Notes: generated by a model not told the origin, from the sequence alone. 64,000 nucleotides of DNA from an uncultured Planctomycetaceae bacterium (GCA_964387325.1 CAYLYE010000001.1:19453-83452); one strand, 5' to 3'. Counted from the stretch's first letter, positions 10,036-20,145 are shown. Translations and numbers: made by a program.

Positions 10036-10761
10036 ATGTCTTGGCGTCTAGGCCCTTTTGTGGTCGCGTCGCTTGTCGGCGTTTTTGTGGTTAGCACTCT
10101 GTGGGCTCAAGTGCCCCAGCAAGGGCAAGGGAACCGAACGACCAGCAACGGCAAAGGGGGCAAGGGAAAGCCCAAGGATGAGGTCAAGCTGGACGACCCC
10201 CGCTTGATCGAAGTTCATAAGCAATTTGTCACTTCGGTGGAAAAGCTGGCCGGCGAATACGAGAAGACCAATCAATTAGAGAAAGCGCGGCAATGCTACG
10301 AGCAGGTGCTGCGACTGATTCCGCAATACAAGCCGGCCGAGGACAAGCTCGGGCAGATCCGTGAACGTGAAGCGACCGCCGAGACGCGACGCGTCGAAGT
10401 TTTCGCCAACAAAGACTGGCAAGACTCGGGGGTCACCGTTGGCGAAGGAAAGCCGTGCAGCATCAAGGCCGCCGGCAAATGGAAGTTCCAGATGCAATAT
10501 GAGTTGACGCCCGATGGGATCGAAATCCCCAAGGAGCTGCGCGACTTTAATATCGGCGCGCTCGTGGGTCGGATCGTCACCGGCAGCGGCGATGACCGTG
10601 ACGGCAAGGTCTTTTTTGTCGGTTCCGGCACGTCGTTCAATGCCCGCGAAGATGGCCGGCTGCAATTGCGGATCTATGATAGCGACGTGACCGACAACAG
10701 CGGCAAGATCCAGGTCGAGATCACCGGCTCGTTCGAGAAAAAGAGCGGAGTCGCTCCCTAA
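10036..10761 (+). CDS. secreted protein with C-terminal PA-IL/LecA-like lectin domain (putative)
   Basis: The preferred start gives a signal-like N-terminus (MSWRLGPFVVASLVGVFVVSTLWAQ), followed by a helical TPR-like segment. The C-terminal ~120 aa (W..SGVTV..G....IKAAGKW...GALVGRI...RIYDSDVTDNSGKIQVEI) resemble the LecA/PA-IL fold pattern from memory. Confidence 0.55.
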   Translation: MSWRLGPFVVASLVGVFVVSTLWAQVPQQGQGNRTTSNGKGGKGKPKDEVKLDDPRLIEVHKQFVTSVEKLAGEYEKTNQLEKARQCYEQVLRLIPQYKPAEDKLGQIREREATAETRRVEVFANKDWQDSGVTVGEGKPCSIKAAGKWKFQMQYELTPDGIEIPKELRDFNIGALVGRIVTGSGDDRDGKVFFVGSGTSFNAREDGRLQLRIYDSDVTDNSGKIQVEITGSFEKKSGVAP

Positions 10762-10783
10762 CGATCGCGCGGAGTCGCACGTC

Positions 10784-11401
10784 ATGACGAAGTTACGTGT
10801 CGTGCAATGGTTGCTGTTAGGCGCGCTCTGTTGCCCGGCGAGCGCGCAGACTCCCAGCGTTGATCGACTGCTCGACGCCGCTCAATCGACCGCCGTGAGC
10901 GGTCCCGCGCCGATGATGACGGCCACGCTCAAGCTGTCGGGCTCGACTTTGCGCGCTGCGGTGCAAGAGGCCTTGCGCAAGGTCGATCAACGGCTCGCTA
11001 AACCGGGCAAGCTCGACGAACCGATCGTGCTCACGCTCGTCGAGTTACACGATTTGCTCAAGCGAGATACGTCGTTGGCGATTGCTGACCGGCAACAGCT
11101 ACGGCAGACGATTCGCGGCCAATTGACCCGGGTGCTCGCTCGACTGCAAATGTCCGGGGGTCCGGTCGCGCTCGGGCAGGTGCTGGGAGGCGTGGCCCCG
11201 CAGGCGAGTCCCTCGAACGCTCCGGCCAGCAACGCCCCTCAGCTGATCGAGCTGCTGCAAGACACGATCGCTCCCGACAGCTGGGACGTTCGCGGCGGAC
11301 AAGGGGTAGTCCGCTATTGGAGCATGTCGCACGCGCTGGTGGTGCGTCAGTCGTCGAACGTACATGAGTCGCTCGAGCGGCTGCTCGACGATCTGCGGTA
11401 G
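10784..11401 (+). CDS. hypothetical secreted protein
   Basis: 205 aa with a signal peptide (LLLGALCCPASAQ). No recognisable family. Confidence 0.6.
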   Translation: MTKLRVVQWLLLGALCCPASAQTPSVDRLLDAAQSTAVSGPAPMMTATLKLSGSTLRAAVQEALRKVDQRLAKPGKLDEPIVLTLVELHDLLKRDTSLAIADRQQLRQTIRGQLTRVLARLQMSGGPVALGQVLGGVAPQASPSNAPASNAPQLIELLQDTIAPDSWDVRGGQGVVRYWSMSHALVVRQSSNVHESLERLLDDLR

Positions 11402-11429
11402 TCGAGTTGTTCACGAGACTCGCGCGGAC

Positions 11430-11494
11430 GCCATGTTCACGGTTCGACGTGGACATGTTCGCGCAAGGCCACTCTGCGCGTGGCCATGACACCC
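11430..11494. repeat. dispersed double-hairpin element (inverted orientation relative to the copy at 48498)
   Basis: The reverse complement aligns with 48498-48565 over about 65 nt: catggccacgcg.ag.gtggcc.tg.gcg..catg.ccacgtcgaaccgtg..catggc. Confidence 0.75.
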
Positions 11495-11554
11495 CACCGA
11501 GGAGCGAAGGTGCGGCAACGACAGCAGAGCCGCCGGCTTGGGAGTGCTCCTGGG

Positions 11555-11989
11555 TCATTTGACCAGTAGCAATTCGTTTCCGTCGGGAAACGTGATGAGC
11601 AGCTTGCGCATGAGCCACGCGTCCTTGAAGAACTGCGACTGAGTGACGACCTGGGCCGAGCCGCGCGGCCCGGTGACCTTGAAGCTGATGTTGGCTTGTC
11701 CGCCGCCTTGGTCAAGGTAGTAGCGCAGTTCACCCAGCGGCAGCGTGCTGGCCGTGATCGGCTCGCCGAGCTGTTCGATGACGGTAGGGTTGTTCGTGAC
11801 TCGTTCGACGGCCTGACGATAGGGCTCCGAATCTCGCACCGAGCGGTAGGCGCTAAAGATGCCGCCGCAGCAAAAGACCCCGATGATCGTGGCGAGTGTG
11901 CCGAGCGCGATGAGCAGCGCGAGCCACGGGTGCCGGGCGATCCATGATCGTCGAGGGTCGGCATCGAAATGGGGCTCGGTCATGGGCAT
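11555..11989 (-). CDS. cytochrome oxidase assembly factor 1 (Coa1)-like small membrane protein
   Basis: 144 aa. It has a single TM helix (WLALLIALGTLATIIGVFCCGGIF) followed by a small domain with the pattern Y..A...V..N..V...LG.PI......G recalled from Coa1/PF08695-type proteins. Confidence 0.5.
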   Translation of the reverse strand: MPMTEPHFDADPRRSWIARHPWLALLIALGTLATIIGVFCCGGIFSAYRSVRDSEPYRQAVERVTNNPTVIEQLGEPITASTLPLGELRYYLDQGGGQANISFKVTGPRGSAQVVTQSQFFKDAWLMRKLLITFPDGNELLLVK

Positions 11990-12089
11990 AGGAACGTTTC
12001 CGGCGACGGAGTTGCTGCATGTTGAGTCTAACTCGGTTATATCAAGCTACATGGCCGTTCGTGATCGGTGTGTCGAAAAAGGTCGATCA

Positions 12090-13076
12090 TCACGCAGCAG
12101 GGGGTTGAGGCAAGACAAGTTGATTACGGATTCGCTGTGAGAAATCGGCGGTCACATCGCCGGCCCCTTCCGCTTCGTGAATCAAGCTCTGGGCGTGTAG
12201 CTTGGCGAAAGGGAGCTGATCGGCGAGAAACCCGAGTCGATACAGCGTGAAGGCCGACAAGCCGTTGAGAAAGATTCCCGGTTTGAGCCACCCGCGGGTT
12301 TGTCGATGGCGGTGATAGAAGAGATTGGTTGTGCAATTGCTGGTCACCGAATTGTACCACTGGGGCACGCTTGCGAGCGACTCGGCTTGCTGCACATAGT
12401 CGACCAAGAGTAGGCGAATGCGTTCCGCCGTTAGTTTAAGTCGATACATGTAGACACGTTCGTGACGGACGCTGGTTCGCAGCCGAACGATATCCCGTTC
12501 ATCGCCGAGCACGTAGATCAACTCATAGGCGCGAAACAGTCCCCACAGCGGCGAGTATATTTGCCAGCGTTGACGACGGGCTTCGACCGAGAGCGCTAAA
12601 TACGACCCATCGTCGAAGCCGAAACTCACGAGCGTATGAGCCATGATCGGCCCCGACCAGTGCGAGAGAAAATAGTCGAGCGAACGCAGTCGAGTCAGGT
12701 CGAAGGTTCGCGTTTCATAACCGGTTGTCGCTTGGCCGGCGGCGTAGTTGAAATTACGAAAATCGTGAATCGTCAACCGATCGCCGTCGAGTTGCACGCT
12801 TGGCATGCGATCCAACCCTGGGGCCCAATCACGGTCGGATCGAGGTTTTCGTGTGGTCCACCAGATCAGCGTCAACAGCAAACTGCTCGACCAGATGACC
12901 AGTGCCCAAGGGTACCGCGGCAACCAAGTGAAACTCCCCAGCACGACGAGCACACTCAGCAAGGACCAAGTCCAGCGGAGCCAGCGTTGCGGGGCGTGAT
13001 AGTGGACCGCCAGCGCCATCCAAGCGGTCGAGATCAGTACAAGCCCGTCGAGTAGTCGAGAGTTGACCCATTCCAT
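12090..13076 (-). CDS. DUF4105 (Lnb N-terminal periplasmic domain)-containing membrane protein
   Basis: 328 aa. Three N-terminal TM helices are followed by a region (LTIHDFRNFNY..., GHTLVSFGF..., YELIYVLGDERD) that matches my memory of DUF4105. Confidence 0.6.
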   Translation of the reverse strand: MEWVNSRLLDGLVLISTAWMALAVHYHAPQRWLRWTWSLLSVLVVLGSFTWLPRYPWALVIWSSSLLLTLIWWTTRKPRSDRDWAPGLDRMPSVQLDGDRLTIHDFRNFNYAAGQATTGYETRTFDLTRLRSLDYFLSHWSGPIMAHTLVSFGFDDGSYLALSVEARRQRWQIYSPLWGLFRAYELIYVLGDERDIVRLRTSVRHERVYMYRLKLTAERIRLLLVDYVQQAESLASVPQWYNSVTSNCTTNLFYHRHRQTRGWLKPGIFLNGLSAFTLYRLGFLADQLPFAKLHAQSLIHEAEGAGDVTADFSQRIRNQLVLPQPPAA

Positions 13077-13088
13077 GTGTTGACGAGC

Positions 13089-14945
13089 TTACTTGTGCGT
13101 AGGGAGTTGGAGCAACCGCTGCTGCATGTCGGCCAGACGCTGTTTAAGTTCAGCCACCTTGCCTTGTGCCGCGGACTCCCCCTCGGCGGCAATCTCCCGT
13201 GTCCGATGGAACTCGGCGAGACCGAACCGGGACGTGTCCGGAGTGATCCAGAAATCGACGGCGCGATTGCGGAGGTTGCCGATATTGTGGGCCTGCGCCT
13301 CAAAGATCCGAAACAGCGTATCGAGTGCGCCGACCGGTTTCATTTTATCGGTCGGTACGTCCGGGCGATTACCGCCGAACTCGTGGCGCACACGGCTCGA
13401 GACATCGACGCCCACGACAAAATCCATTTTCTGATCGGCTAACACGTCGGCTGGCAGATTGTTGAGCACGCCCCCATCGACGAGCACCATGCCGTTGCGC
13501 AGGATCGGGCGCGAGACGACCGGCAAGTTAATGCTCTCCAAAATCGCATGAACAGCGTCCCCTTCATTGCGTACGACGGGGCGGACCTGCACCAAGTCAA
13601 CGGTGACCGACGAAAACGGGATCAGCAATTGTTCGAGCCGCCAGTCATGCAAATAGCGCCGCAACATTCGCTCCCAAGCTAGGCGGCGAAATTGCGACAC
13701 CAAGTAAAAGTTAGGCCACTTGGGGAGCGAGCGAACCCACCGCGACGGCGTCAGGTCGCGCTGAAAGTTCTCCACGGCCGAGACCGGCGACATGCCCGAG
13801 GCATACATGATCCCGGCCATCGCACCGGCGCTCGTGCCCGACATGGCGTCGAACGACAACCCGGCCTCTTCGAGCACACGGAGCACGCCGAGATGGGCCA
13901 TCCCTTTGGCTCCGCCCCCGGCGAGTGCAATGCCGATCGAATACCCACGCAAGGCGCGCACGAGTCGGTCCAGTCCTTGGCTTTCCAGACGAGTGATGCC
14001 AGCGCCGCTGGACTCAACGGGCGCTTTGAGCGACGGAAGCTTCCCATTACCGATGGGAAACAGCGGCGAAATGGGAGACTGTCCGTCGACCAGCCACACG
14101 ATCCGCACCTTGTCGATCAGTTCAGACGTGGCATTCAGTAGGCGACGCAATTGCTGGCTGGCGAAGGCGACGTCGGCGGGTTCGATCAGCCAAAGGATTT
14201 GTTCGCAGCTCAAGAGTCCTTCGTGATCGTGTTCAAGATTCGGTTCCGCGGTCCAGATCATGACACGTCGGTCAATCTCGGCGCGCGGCGGCTCCAAGAG
14301 TGGTTGTTGATCGGCTGCGAGCGACTCGAGTGGCGCCGCTGGGGGCCACTCGCCCGTGTCGCGCAGCGGCGCGGTGTTCTGAGCCCAAGCCAGCACGCGC
14401 TCGCCGGCCGAGAGCAATCGTCCCATGAGTCGGGCGGCCAAGCGCTGGCCATGTGGAGTCTGGGCGACGACACCCAGTCGCCGCCCAGGCATGCTGCGCG
14501 GCGCAACACCGACGACGGTTTTGAACCGCAGGCTAAGCAGTCGGAACAAATTACGCATCAGCGCCGGATAAGCGTCGAGCCAGCCGCGAAACACAGCCGC
14601 CGACGCGACCAGCAAGGTCCCTCGAGTGGAGGCGACAAAGCGAAGCGGGCGAGGTGAGTTCTCCATGATGGCTACTTCGCCCACCGATTCTTCGGCCCGA
14701 ATGACTCCTAAGCGACTTTCCCGACCGCGCGAGTCGGTCAAAAAGGCTTCGATTTCTCCTTCTTGGACAATCCAAAACTCGGTGACGGGCTCGTTGGCGT
14801 CGCCGAGTAGCTCGGCGGCGTCGAACGGCCGGGCCGTCAATTGCCGAGCCATCTCGTGGAGTTGCTCTTTGTGCATTCCCTCGCACAACGCGATCGAACC
14901 CAGAAAAGCTGCGACGCTGTCGATGTTTTGGTTCTCATTCACCAT
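13089..14945 (-). CDS. cyclic-nucleotide-binding domain / patatin-like phospholipase fusion protein
   Basis: 618 aa. The N-terminus has a cNMP-binding beta-barrel pattern (FWIVQEGEIEAF...GEVAIM). The patatin domain has the oxyanion GGGAKG and the nucleophile elbow GTSAG, with DGG(V/L) near the C-terminal part. Confidence 0.85.
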   Translation of the reverse strand: MVNENQNIDSVAAFLGSIALCEGMHKEQLHEMARQLTARPFDAAELLGDANEPVTEFWIVQEGEIEAFLTDSRGRESRLGVIRAEESVGEVAIMENSPRPLRFVASTRGTLLVASAAVFRGWLDAYPALMRNLFRLLSLRFKTVVGVAPRSMPGRRLGVVAQTPHGQRLAARLMGRLLSAGERVLAWAQNTAPLRDTGEWPPAAPLESLAADQQPLLEPPRAEIDRRVMIWTAEPNLEHDHEGLLSCEQILWLIEPADVAFASQQLRRLLNATSELIDKVRIVWLVDGQSPISPLFPIGNGKLPSLKAPVESSGAGITRLESQGLDRLVRALRGYSIGIALAGGGAKGMAHLGVLRVLEEAGLSFDAMSGTSAGAMAGIMYASGMSPVSAVENFQRDLTPSRWVRSLPKWPNFYLVSQFRRLAWERMLRRYLHDWRLEQLLIPFSSVTVDLVQVRPVVRNEGDAVHAILESINLPVVSRPILRNGMVLVDGGVLNNLPADVLADQKMDFVVGVDVSSRVRHEFGGNRPDVPTDKMKPVGALDTLFRIFEAQAHNIGNLRNRAVDFWITPDTSRFGLAEFHRTREIAAEGESAAQGKVAELKQRLADMQQRLLQLPTHK

Positions 14946-15227
14946 GTCGGCTCAGGCTGCCTTTTGATCGATGACTCCTGCGCCGCAGCCCAAAAAATGT
15001 CTTGCGCTACAGCGTCGATGCAGGGCTGGATAGGTCCATCATAATCGCATCCTGACGAAATGGGGCGATCGTGATCCAGGTAATAAAGTCAAGAGGATGC
15101 CCCCCGAGATGTGATTTTCGCTCGCGGGGGCTTGTCGGTACCCCCTGCCTTGTGCCATATTTCACAATCTTTAGTGGACCCCGCTACCGCGGCGCCGTTG
15201 GTCTGTGACTCAGGATGACTTCTGACC

Positions 15228-16451
15228 GTGGCCCAATACCTTACGCAATTCGTACCTGTCTGGCTCGCTTATCTGCTAGCAGCGGCTGTCCATGCTGCGC
15301 TGCTGATGAACGTCGTTGCCGTCGGGGCGCTGTTTTTCATTTGGCTCGAACGCAAAGTGTCGGGCCGAATTCAGGACCGGCTTGGCCCCACGCGGGTCGG
15401 CGGTAAGTTTGGCTGGCTGCAAACGCTAGCCGACGGCTTGAAGCTGATCACGAAAGAAGACCTGATGCCCGCCGGGGCCGACGCGGTGCTCTTCCGCCTC
15501 GCGCCGTATATTAGTATGGCAGCCTCGTTTACGGCCTATATGGCGTTGCCGTTTGCCGACGGCTGGGTGGCCGTGCCACTCAATGTCGGCGTGTTCTTCA
15601 TTCTGGCCGTGATGGGCTTGGAAGTGTTCGGCGTTATTCTCGCCGGCTACTCATCCGCCTCGAAGTGGTCGCTCTTTGGCGCGATGCGCGAGAGCGCCCA
15701 GGTCGTCAGCTACGAAGTGCCGATGGGCATGTGCGTCGTCGTGCCGGTGCTGATCGCGGGCTCGATGGACCTCGTCGAGATTGGCGAGGCGCAGCGCGGT
15801 TGGTTCACCAACTGGCTCGTGCTGCACGATCCGTTCACGTTCATCACCTCCTGGGTCTACTTTACCTGTGCCATGGCCAGCGTGAATCGCGCGCCATTCG
15901 ATCTGGCCGAGGCCGAGAGCGAACTGGTGGCCGGTTTTCATACCGAGTACAGCGGTCTGCGGTGGAGCTTCTTCTTCATGGCCGAGTACGGCTCGATGTT
16001 CGCCGTCAGCGGGCTGATGGCCATTTTGTTCTACGGTGGCTGGAATGGACCGATCCCGATCGCCGACCTGCTGGGGCTCAATAGCTCCAACGGTTTGGTA
16101 TCTACTTATTTGGGTGTCTCCGTGGCTACGTACCTGGGCAACTGTCTCGGGTTGCTCAACTTCCTGCTCAAGAGCGTGGCGGGTGTGACGGTGATGATGT
16201 GGGTGCGCTGGACGCTACCCCGACTGCGTATCGATCAGGTGATGACGACGTGCTTGAAGTACTGCACGCCGATCGCGGCGGTGATGTTCCTGGGGGCCAT
16301 TGCCTGGACCTACTACGGCCTGCCGGGCAGTGCGTGGTTCGACAAGCCCTACGTGTTCCGCACGCATGTTGAGCCCCTGAAGGCGGTCGAGCCAGCCCCT
16401 GTGGTCGCTCCCGCCAAAGTTGCCGCGGCCTCGTCTCAGGGGAGTCACTAA
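15228..16451 (+). CDS. nuoH: NADH-quinone oxidoreductase subunit H
   Basis: 407 aa with a GTG start. It is polytopic and has conserved NuoH/ND1 motifs (ERKVSGRIQDRLGPTRVG, FDLAEAESELVAGFHTEYSG). Confidence 0.95.
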   Translation: MAQYLTQFVPVWLAYLLAAAVHAALLMNVVAVGALFFIWLERKVSGRIQDRLGPTRVGGKFGWLQTLADGLKLITKEDLMPAGADAVLFRLAPYISMAASFTAYMALPFADGWVAVPLNVGVFFILAVMGLEVFGVILAGYSSASKWSLFGAMRESAQVVSYEVPMGMCVVVPVLIAGSMDLVEIGEAQRGWFTNWLVLHDPFTFITSWVYFTCAMASVNRAPFDLAEAESELVAGFHTEYSGLRWSFFFMAEYGSMFAVSGLMAILFYGGWNGPIPIADLLGLNSSNGLVSTYLGVSVATYLGNCLGLLNFLLKSVAGVTVMMWVRWTLPRLRIDQVMTTCLKYCTPIAAVMFLGAIAWTYYGLPGSAWFDKPYVFRTHVEPLKAVEPAPVVAPAKVAAASSQGSH

Positions 16452-16455
16452 GCCG

Positions 16456-17052
16456 ATGGACGCAATCAACTGGCACACGTTCTTCTTCCTGTTCTTTGCC
16501 ATCATCGCGAGCGTGTTCGCCGTGGCGCTGGTCGTCTCGGCCAATATCGTGCGGATGGCGCTCTACCTGATCATTTCGCTCGGCGCGACCTCGGGCTTGT
16601 TCTTCCTGGCCGGGGCCGACTTCGTCGGGGCCATGCAGTTGATGATCTATGTCGGCGGCACGGTCGTGTTGCTCGTGTTCGGCGTCATGCTCACGGCGCA
16701 AGGGCCCTTCGTGTCGCTCAAAACGCGCGGCGGTGATTGGATCGCGGCGCTGCTCTTGAGCGGCTGCTTACTGGCCCTGCTGGTCCCCGCCTCGTTCGCG
16801 CTCCCCGAGTGGCGCGCTCCGGACGACGCGCAGTTGTCGTTCGAGCCTGCCGATCCCACCGCGGCCCGGATCGGCTTGGGCGTGCTGGGCGTGCGCGTCG
16901 ATCAGCTCGACAAGCGGACGCCGGCCAATTTGCGCGACGGCATGTCGAGCTACCTGCTGCCGTTCGAAATCGTCTCGATTCACTTGCTGGTCGTGTTGAT
17001 CGGTGCCGCCTACTTGGCCCGATCGAAGAAGCGTCGTACTTCCGCGAGTTAA
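16456..17052 (+). CDS. nuoJ: NADH-quinone oxidoreductase subunit J
   Basis: I prefer the internal ATG (MDAINWHTFFF...) 4 nt after the nuoH stop. It shows the NuoJ/ND6 hydrophobic pattern, including YVGGTVVLLVFGVML and FEIVSIHLLVVLIGA. Confidence 0.85.
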   Translation: MDAINWHTFFFLFFAIIASVFAVALVVSANIVRMALYLIISLGATSGLFFLAGADFVGAMQLMIYVGGTVVLLVFGVMLTAQGPFVSLKTRGGDWIAALLLSGCLLALLVPASFALPEWRAPDDAQLSFEPADPTAARIGLGVLGVRVDQLDKRTPANLRDGMSSYLLPFEIVSIHLLVVLIGAAYLARSKKRRTSAS

Positions 17053-17058
17053 CCTGCC

Positions 17059-17403
17059 ATGAACTTGTTAAGTCAACCGATTGGCGCTTCGCACATGATG
17101 GTCGTCGGCGCGATCCTGTTCGCCGCTGGTGTCGTCTGCATGGCCACCAAACGAAACGCCCTGGGCGTGCTCATGGGGGTCGAACTGGTCCTGAACGGTG
17201 CCAACGTCAACTTCGTGGCCCTGAGCAGCGATCTGCTGCGGGGCGATGCGGCGTTCCGGCTCGGTCTCGACGGGCAGTTCGCGGCTCTATTTGTAATTGT
17301 GCTGGCGGCGGCCGAAGCAGCCGTCGCCCTGGCCATTACGCTGAACTTTTATAACAACCACGCCACGGTCGACATCGATCGGGCCGATGAACTCAAGGGA
17401 TAA
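17059..17403 (+). CDS. nuoK: NADH-quinone oxidoreductase subunit K
   Basis: 114 aa with three TM helices and the typical GVELVLNGANVNF and AAAEAAVALAI motifs. Confidence 0.9.
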   Translation: MNLLSQPIGASHMMVVGAILFAAGVVCMATKRNALGVLMGVELVLNGANVNFVALSSDLLRGDAAFRLGLDGQFAALFVIVLAAAEAAVALAITLNFYNNHATVDIDRADELKG

Positions 17404-17435
17404 CGCACTCCCCACGGAGCGAGTTAGCACCACAC

Positions 17436-20072
17436 ATGGATCTTGGTCAAACCCTATCGCAGTTGCTCGGCGCGGCATGGCTGGTGCCACTGGCCTCGTT
17501 CGTGCTCATTTTGTTCCTGGGGCCCAAGATGGGCAAAGGGGGCAAATACGCCGCCGGTGTCGCCACGGCCGCCATCTTGACCTCGGCCGCATTGTCGTTC
17601 ACCGCCATGTTCTTCTGGCTGCAAGCGCATGGCGCCTCGGCCCCAGGCGGTCACGACGCTCATGCTCAGGTCGCACCGGCCTCAAACGGCGCGTTCTCGT
17701 TGGTCAGTGCCAAGGAAGCCGACGGTCACGGCAAAGCCGACCCGCATGCGAAAGAGAAACACGACAAGCACGATGCCCATGCCGCGCACGACGATCACGC
17801 CCACCATGCCGTCACGCCTCCCAAGGCCTACAGCGGTGATTGGTACTCGCTGGGCAAATTCGGCAAACTCAACGTCACGATCGGCTACTACATCGATGCC
17901 CTGACGGTGAGCATGTTCTGCATGGTCACCTTCATCGCCTCGTGCATCCATTTCTACGCCAGCGGCTACATGCACGACGAGCTGCATGACATCACCGATC
18001 ACGAAGTCACGCTCAGCAAGCCGCAGCACGGTCACGGTGGCCACGGCCACGACGATCACGCTCACGGCGCACACAGCCACGCTGCGAAACATGACGATCA
18101 CGGTCACGATGCGCACGGTCATGACAGTCATGGTCACGCGGATGGCAACTACCTGACTCGACCGGGCCGTTACTCGCGGTTCTTCCAGTATCTGTCGCTG
18201 TTCTGCTTCAGCATGCTGGGCATCGTCATCGCCGGCAACATCGCGATGGTGTTCGTGTTTTGGGAGTTGGTCGGCGTCTGCTCGTACTTCCTGATCGGTT
18301 TCTACGTTGAACGCAAGAGCGCCTCGACCGCCGCGAACAAGGCGTTTATTGTCAATCGCGTCGGCGACTTTGGGATGATCATTGGCCTGATGGCCCTCTG
18401 GGGCGCGCTCGGCACCTTTAGCTTCGGCGACTACCAAGACGACAGCGGTAAATCACAGAGCGGCATCTTTAGCCAGGTGCGGACACCCGAGAACGACTAC
18501 GCGATTATCACGCCGGATGGCATGGTTCGCGCCGGCCTCGGTCCGATCGTGGCCGAAGAGATTGGCCGATCGGTCGATCCCGTCACGCGATTGAGCGTGA
18601 GCACCGAATATGTCAAGTTTATCGTCGATCAACGCATGAATGACGCCCGCAGCGACGGGGTCGGCTACTGGCTGCTCGTCATCGCCGGGCTGGGCATCTT
18701 CTGTGGCTGCGTTGGCAAGAGCGCGCAGTTCCCGTTGCATGTTTGGTTACCCGACGCGATGGAAGGCCCCACGCCCGTCTCGGCCTTGGTTCACTCGGCG
18801 ACGATGGTCGCGGCCGGTGTGTATCTCGTCGGCCGGTTCTTCCCCGTGTTCACGCCCGAAGTGTTGCTCGTGATCGCTTACATTGGCGCGATCACGTTGT
18901 TCATCGCCGCGACGATCGCCATCACCGCAACCGACATCAAGCGCGTGTTGGCCTACTCGACCGTCAGCCAGCTCGGCTACATGATGCTCGCGCTGGGCGT
19001 TGGCGGTTGGGTCGCCGGTCTGTTCCACCTCATCACCCATGCGTTCTTCAAGAGCTTGCTGTTCATGTGCTCGGGCTCGGTCATTCACGCCTGTCACACG
19101 AACGAAATGCCCAAGATGGGCGGCTTGCGTCATAAGATGCCCTACACCGCCTACACGATGCTCGTTGGCTGCTTGGCGATCATTGGGGCGGGCGTGCCCT
19201 TTGTTCTCGGCTTCAGCGGTTACTACAGCAAAGATGCGATCATCGCTCAGGCGTTGTCGTTCTGGAATCACAACCCCACGCACGGCGCTGTGTTCTTCGT
19301 CGCCGCGGCGGGCGGGGCGTCGATCACGGCGTTCTACATGTTCCGGCTGTGGTACCTGACCTTCGCCGGCGAGCCCCGCGATCAACACATCTTCGATCAC
19401 GCGCACGAGTCGCCGAAGGTCATGTATGTGCCGCTCATCGTGTTGTCGGTGATGGCCATCGGCGTGGGTTGGACAGTCCCGTTCGTCGACCTGAGCGTGA
19501 CCAACCTGCTGGAGCAGGCCCGACCGGCGGTCGGCGCTAGTAGCGGTGTCCTGCTCACCTCGCTGGTTTATCCCAACGAGCATGACAGTCACGCCTCGGC
19601 GATCCACATTACCGCAACCATCGTTGCTTTCTCGACTGCCTTTGCCGGCTTCATGCTTGCCACGGTGTTCTACGGCTGGCGCAAGCTCAATGCGGCCGAC
19701 GTCCGACAGCAGTACGAGCCGCTGTACCGGCTGCTGGTCAACAAGTGGTACTTCGACGAGTTGTATGAAGTCGTATTCATCCGCCCCTGTCATGTGATTG
19801 GCGGCATCATCTCGCGGTTCGACAAGCAAGTGATCGACGTGTTCATCGAGCGGCTGGCGCAAGGTGTCAAGCGCGTCGCCTCGTTCGACGACATGCTCGA
19901 CCGCTATTTCATTGACGGTTTGGTGAACCTCGTCGCGCACTGGACCCGCTCGATCGGCTACGCGTTGCACAACGTGCAGACGGGTCGCTTGCGGCAGTAC
20001 GTGATGTTGATCGTGATTGGTACCGTGGCGTTGACGGTGATCGTGCGTTGGAGCGCGGCCGGCACCCCTTAA
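17436..20072 (+). CDS. nuoL: NADH-quinone oxidoreductase subunit L (expanded, with His-rich loops)
   Basis: 878 aa. It has the antiporter-like core (WELVGVCSYFLIGF, SAQFPLHVWLPDAMEGPTPVSALVHSATMV) and a C-terminal lateral-helix region. It is roughly 200 aa longer than typical NuoL because of insertions. Confidence 0.95.
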   Translation: MDLGQTLSQLLGAAWLVPLASFVLILFLGPKMGKGGKYAAGVATAAILTSAALSFTAMFFWLQAHGASAPGGHDAHAQVAPASNGAFSLVSAKEADGHGKADPHAKEKHDKHDAHAAHDDHAHHAVTPPKAYSGDWYSLGKFGKLNVTIGYYIDALTVSMFCMVTFIASCIHFYASGYMHDELHDITDHEVTLSKPQHGHGGHGHDDHAHGAHSHAAKHDDHGHDAHGHDSHGHADGNYLTRPGRYSRFFQYLSLFCFSMLGIVIAGNIAMVFVFWELVGVCSYFLIGFYVERKSASTAANKAFIVNRVGDFGMIIGLMALWGALGTFSFGDYQDDSGKSQSGIFSQVRTPENDYAIITPDGMVRAGLGPIVAEEIGRSVDPVTRLSVSTEYVKFIVDQRMNDARSDGVGYWLLVIAGLGIFCGCVGKSAQFPLHVWLPDAMEGPTPVSALVHSATMVAAGVYLVGRFFPVFTPEVLLVIAYIGAITLFIAATIAITATDIKRVLAYSTVSQLGYMMLALGVGGWVAGLFHLITHAFFKSLLFMCSGSVIHACHTNEMPKMGGLRHKMPYTAYTMLVGCLAIIGAGVPFVLGFSGYYSKDAIIAQALSFWNHNPTHGAVFFVAAAGGASITAFYMFRLWYLTFAGEPRDQHIFDHAHESPKVMYVPLIVLSVMAIGVGWTVPFVDLSVTNLLEQARPAVGASSGVLLTSLVYPNEHDSHASAIHITATIVAFSTAFAGFMLATVFYGWRKLNAADVRQQYEPLYRLLVNKWYFDELYEVVFIRPCHVIGGIISRFDKQVIDVFIERLAQGVKRVASFDDMLDRYFIDGLVNLVAHWTRSIGYALHNVQTGRLRQYVMLIVIGTVALTVIVRWSAAGTP

Positions 20073-20145
20073 CATACAGATTTGTGGACCCTGAATCGCC
20101 TGGAACGTTTCGCAGCCAGCGAAAGTGAATTGAGAAGCACACACT

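Noticed and set aside
18021-18150. CAC/GAC/GGC-rich stretch considered as a DNA-level repeat or sequencing artefact
   Set aside because: It is imperfect at the nucleotide level, stays in frame with nuoL, and encodes a coherent His/Asp/Gly-rich loop. I report it as a protein feature instead.
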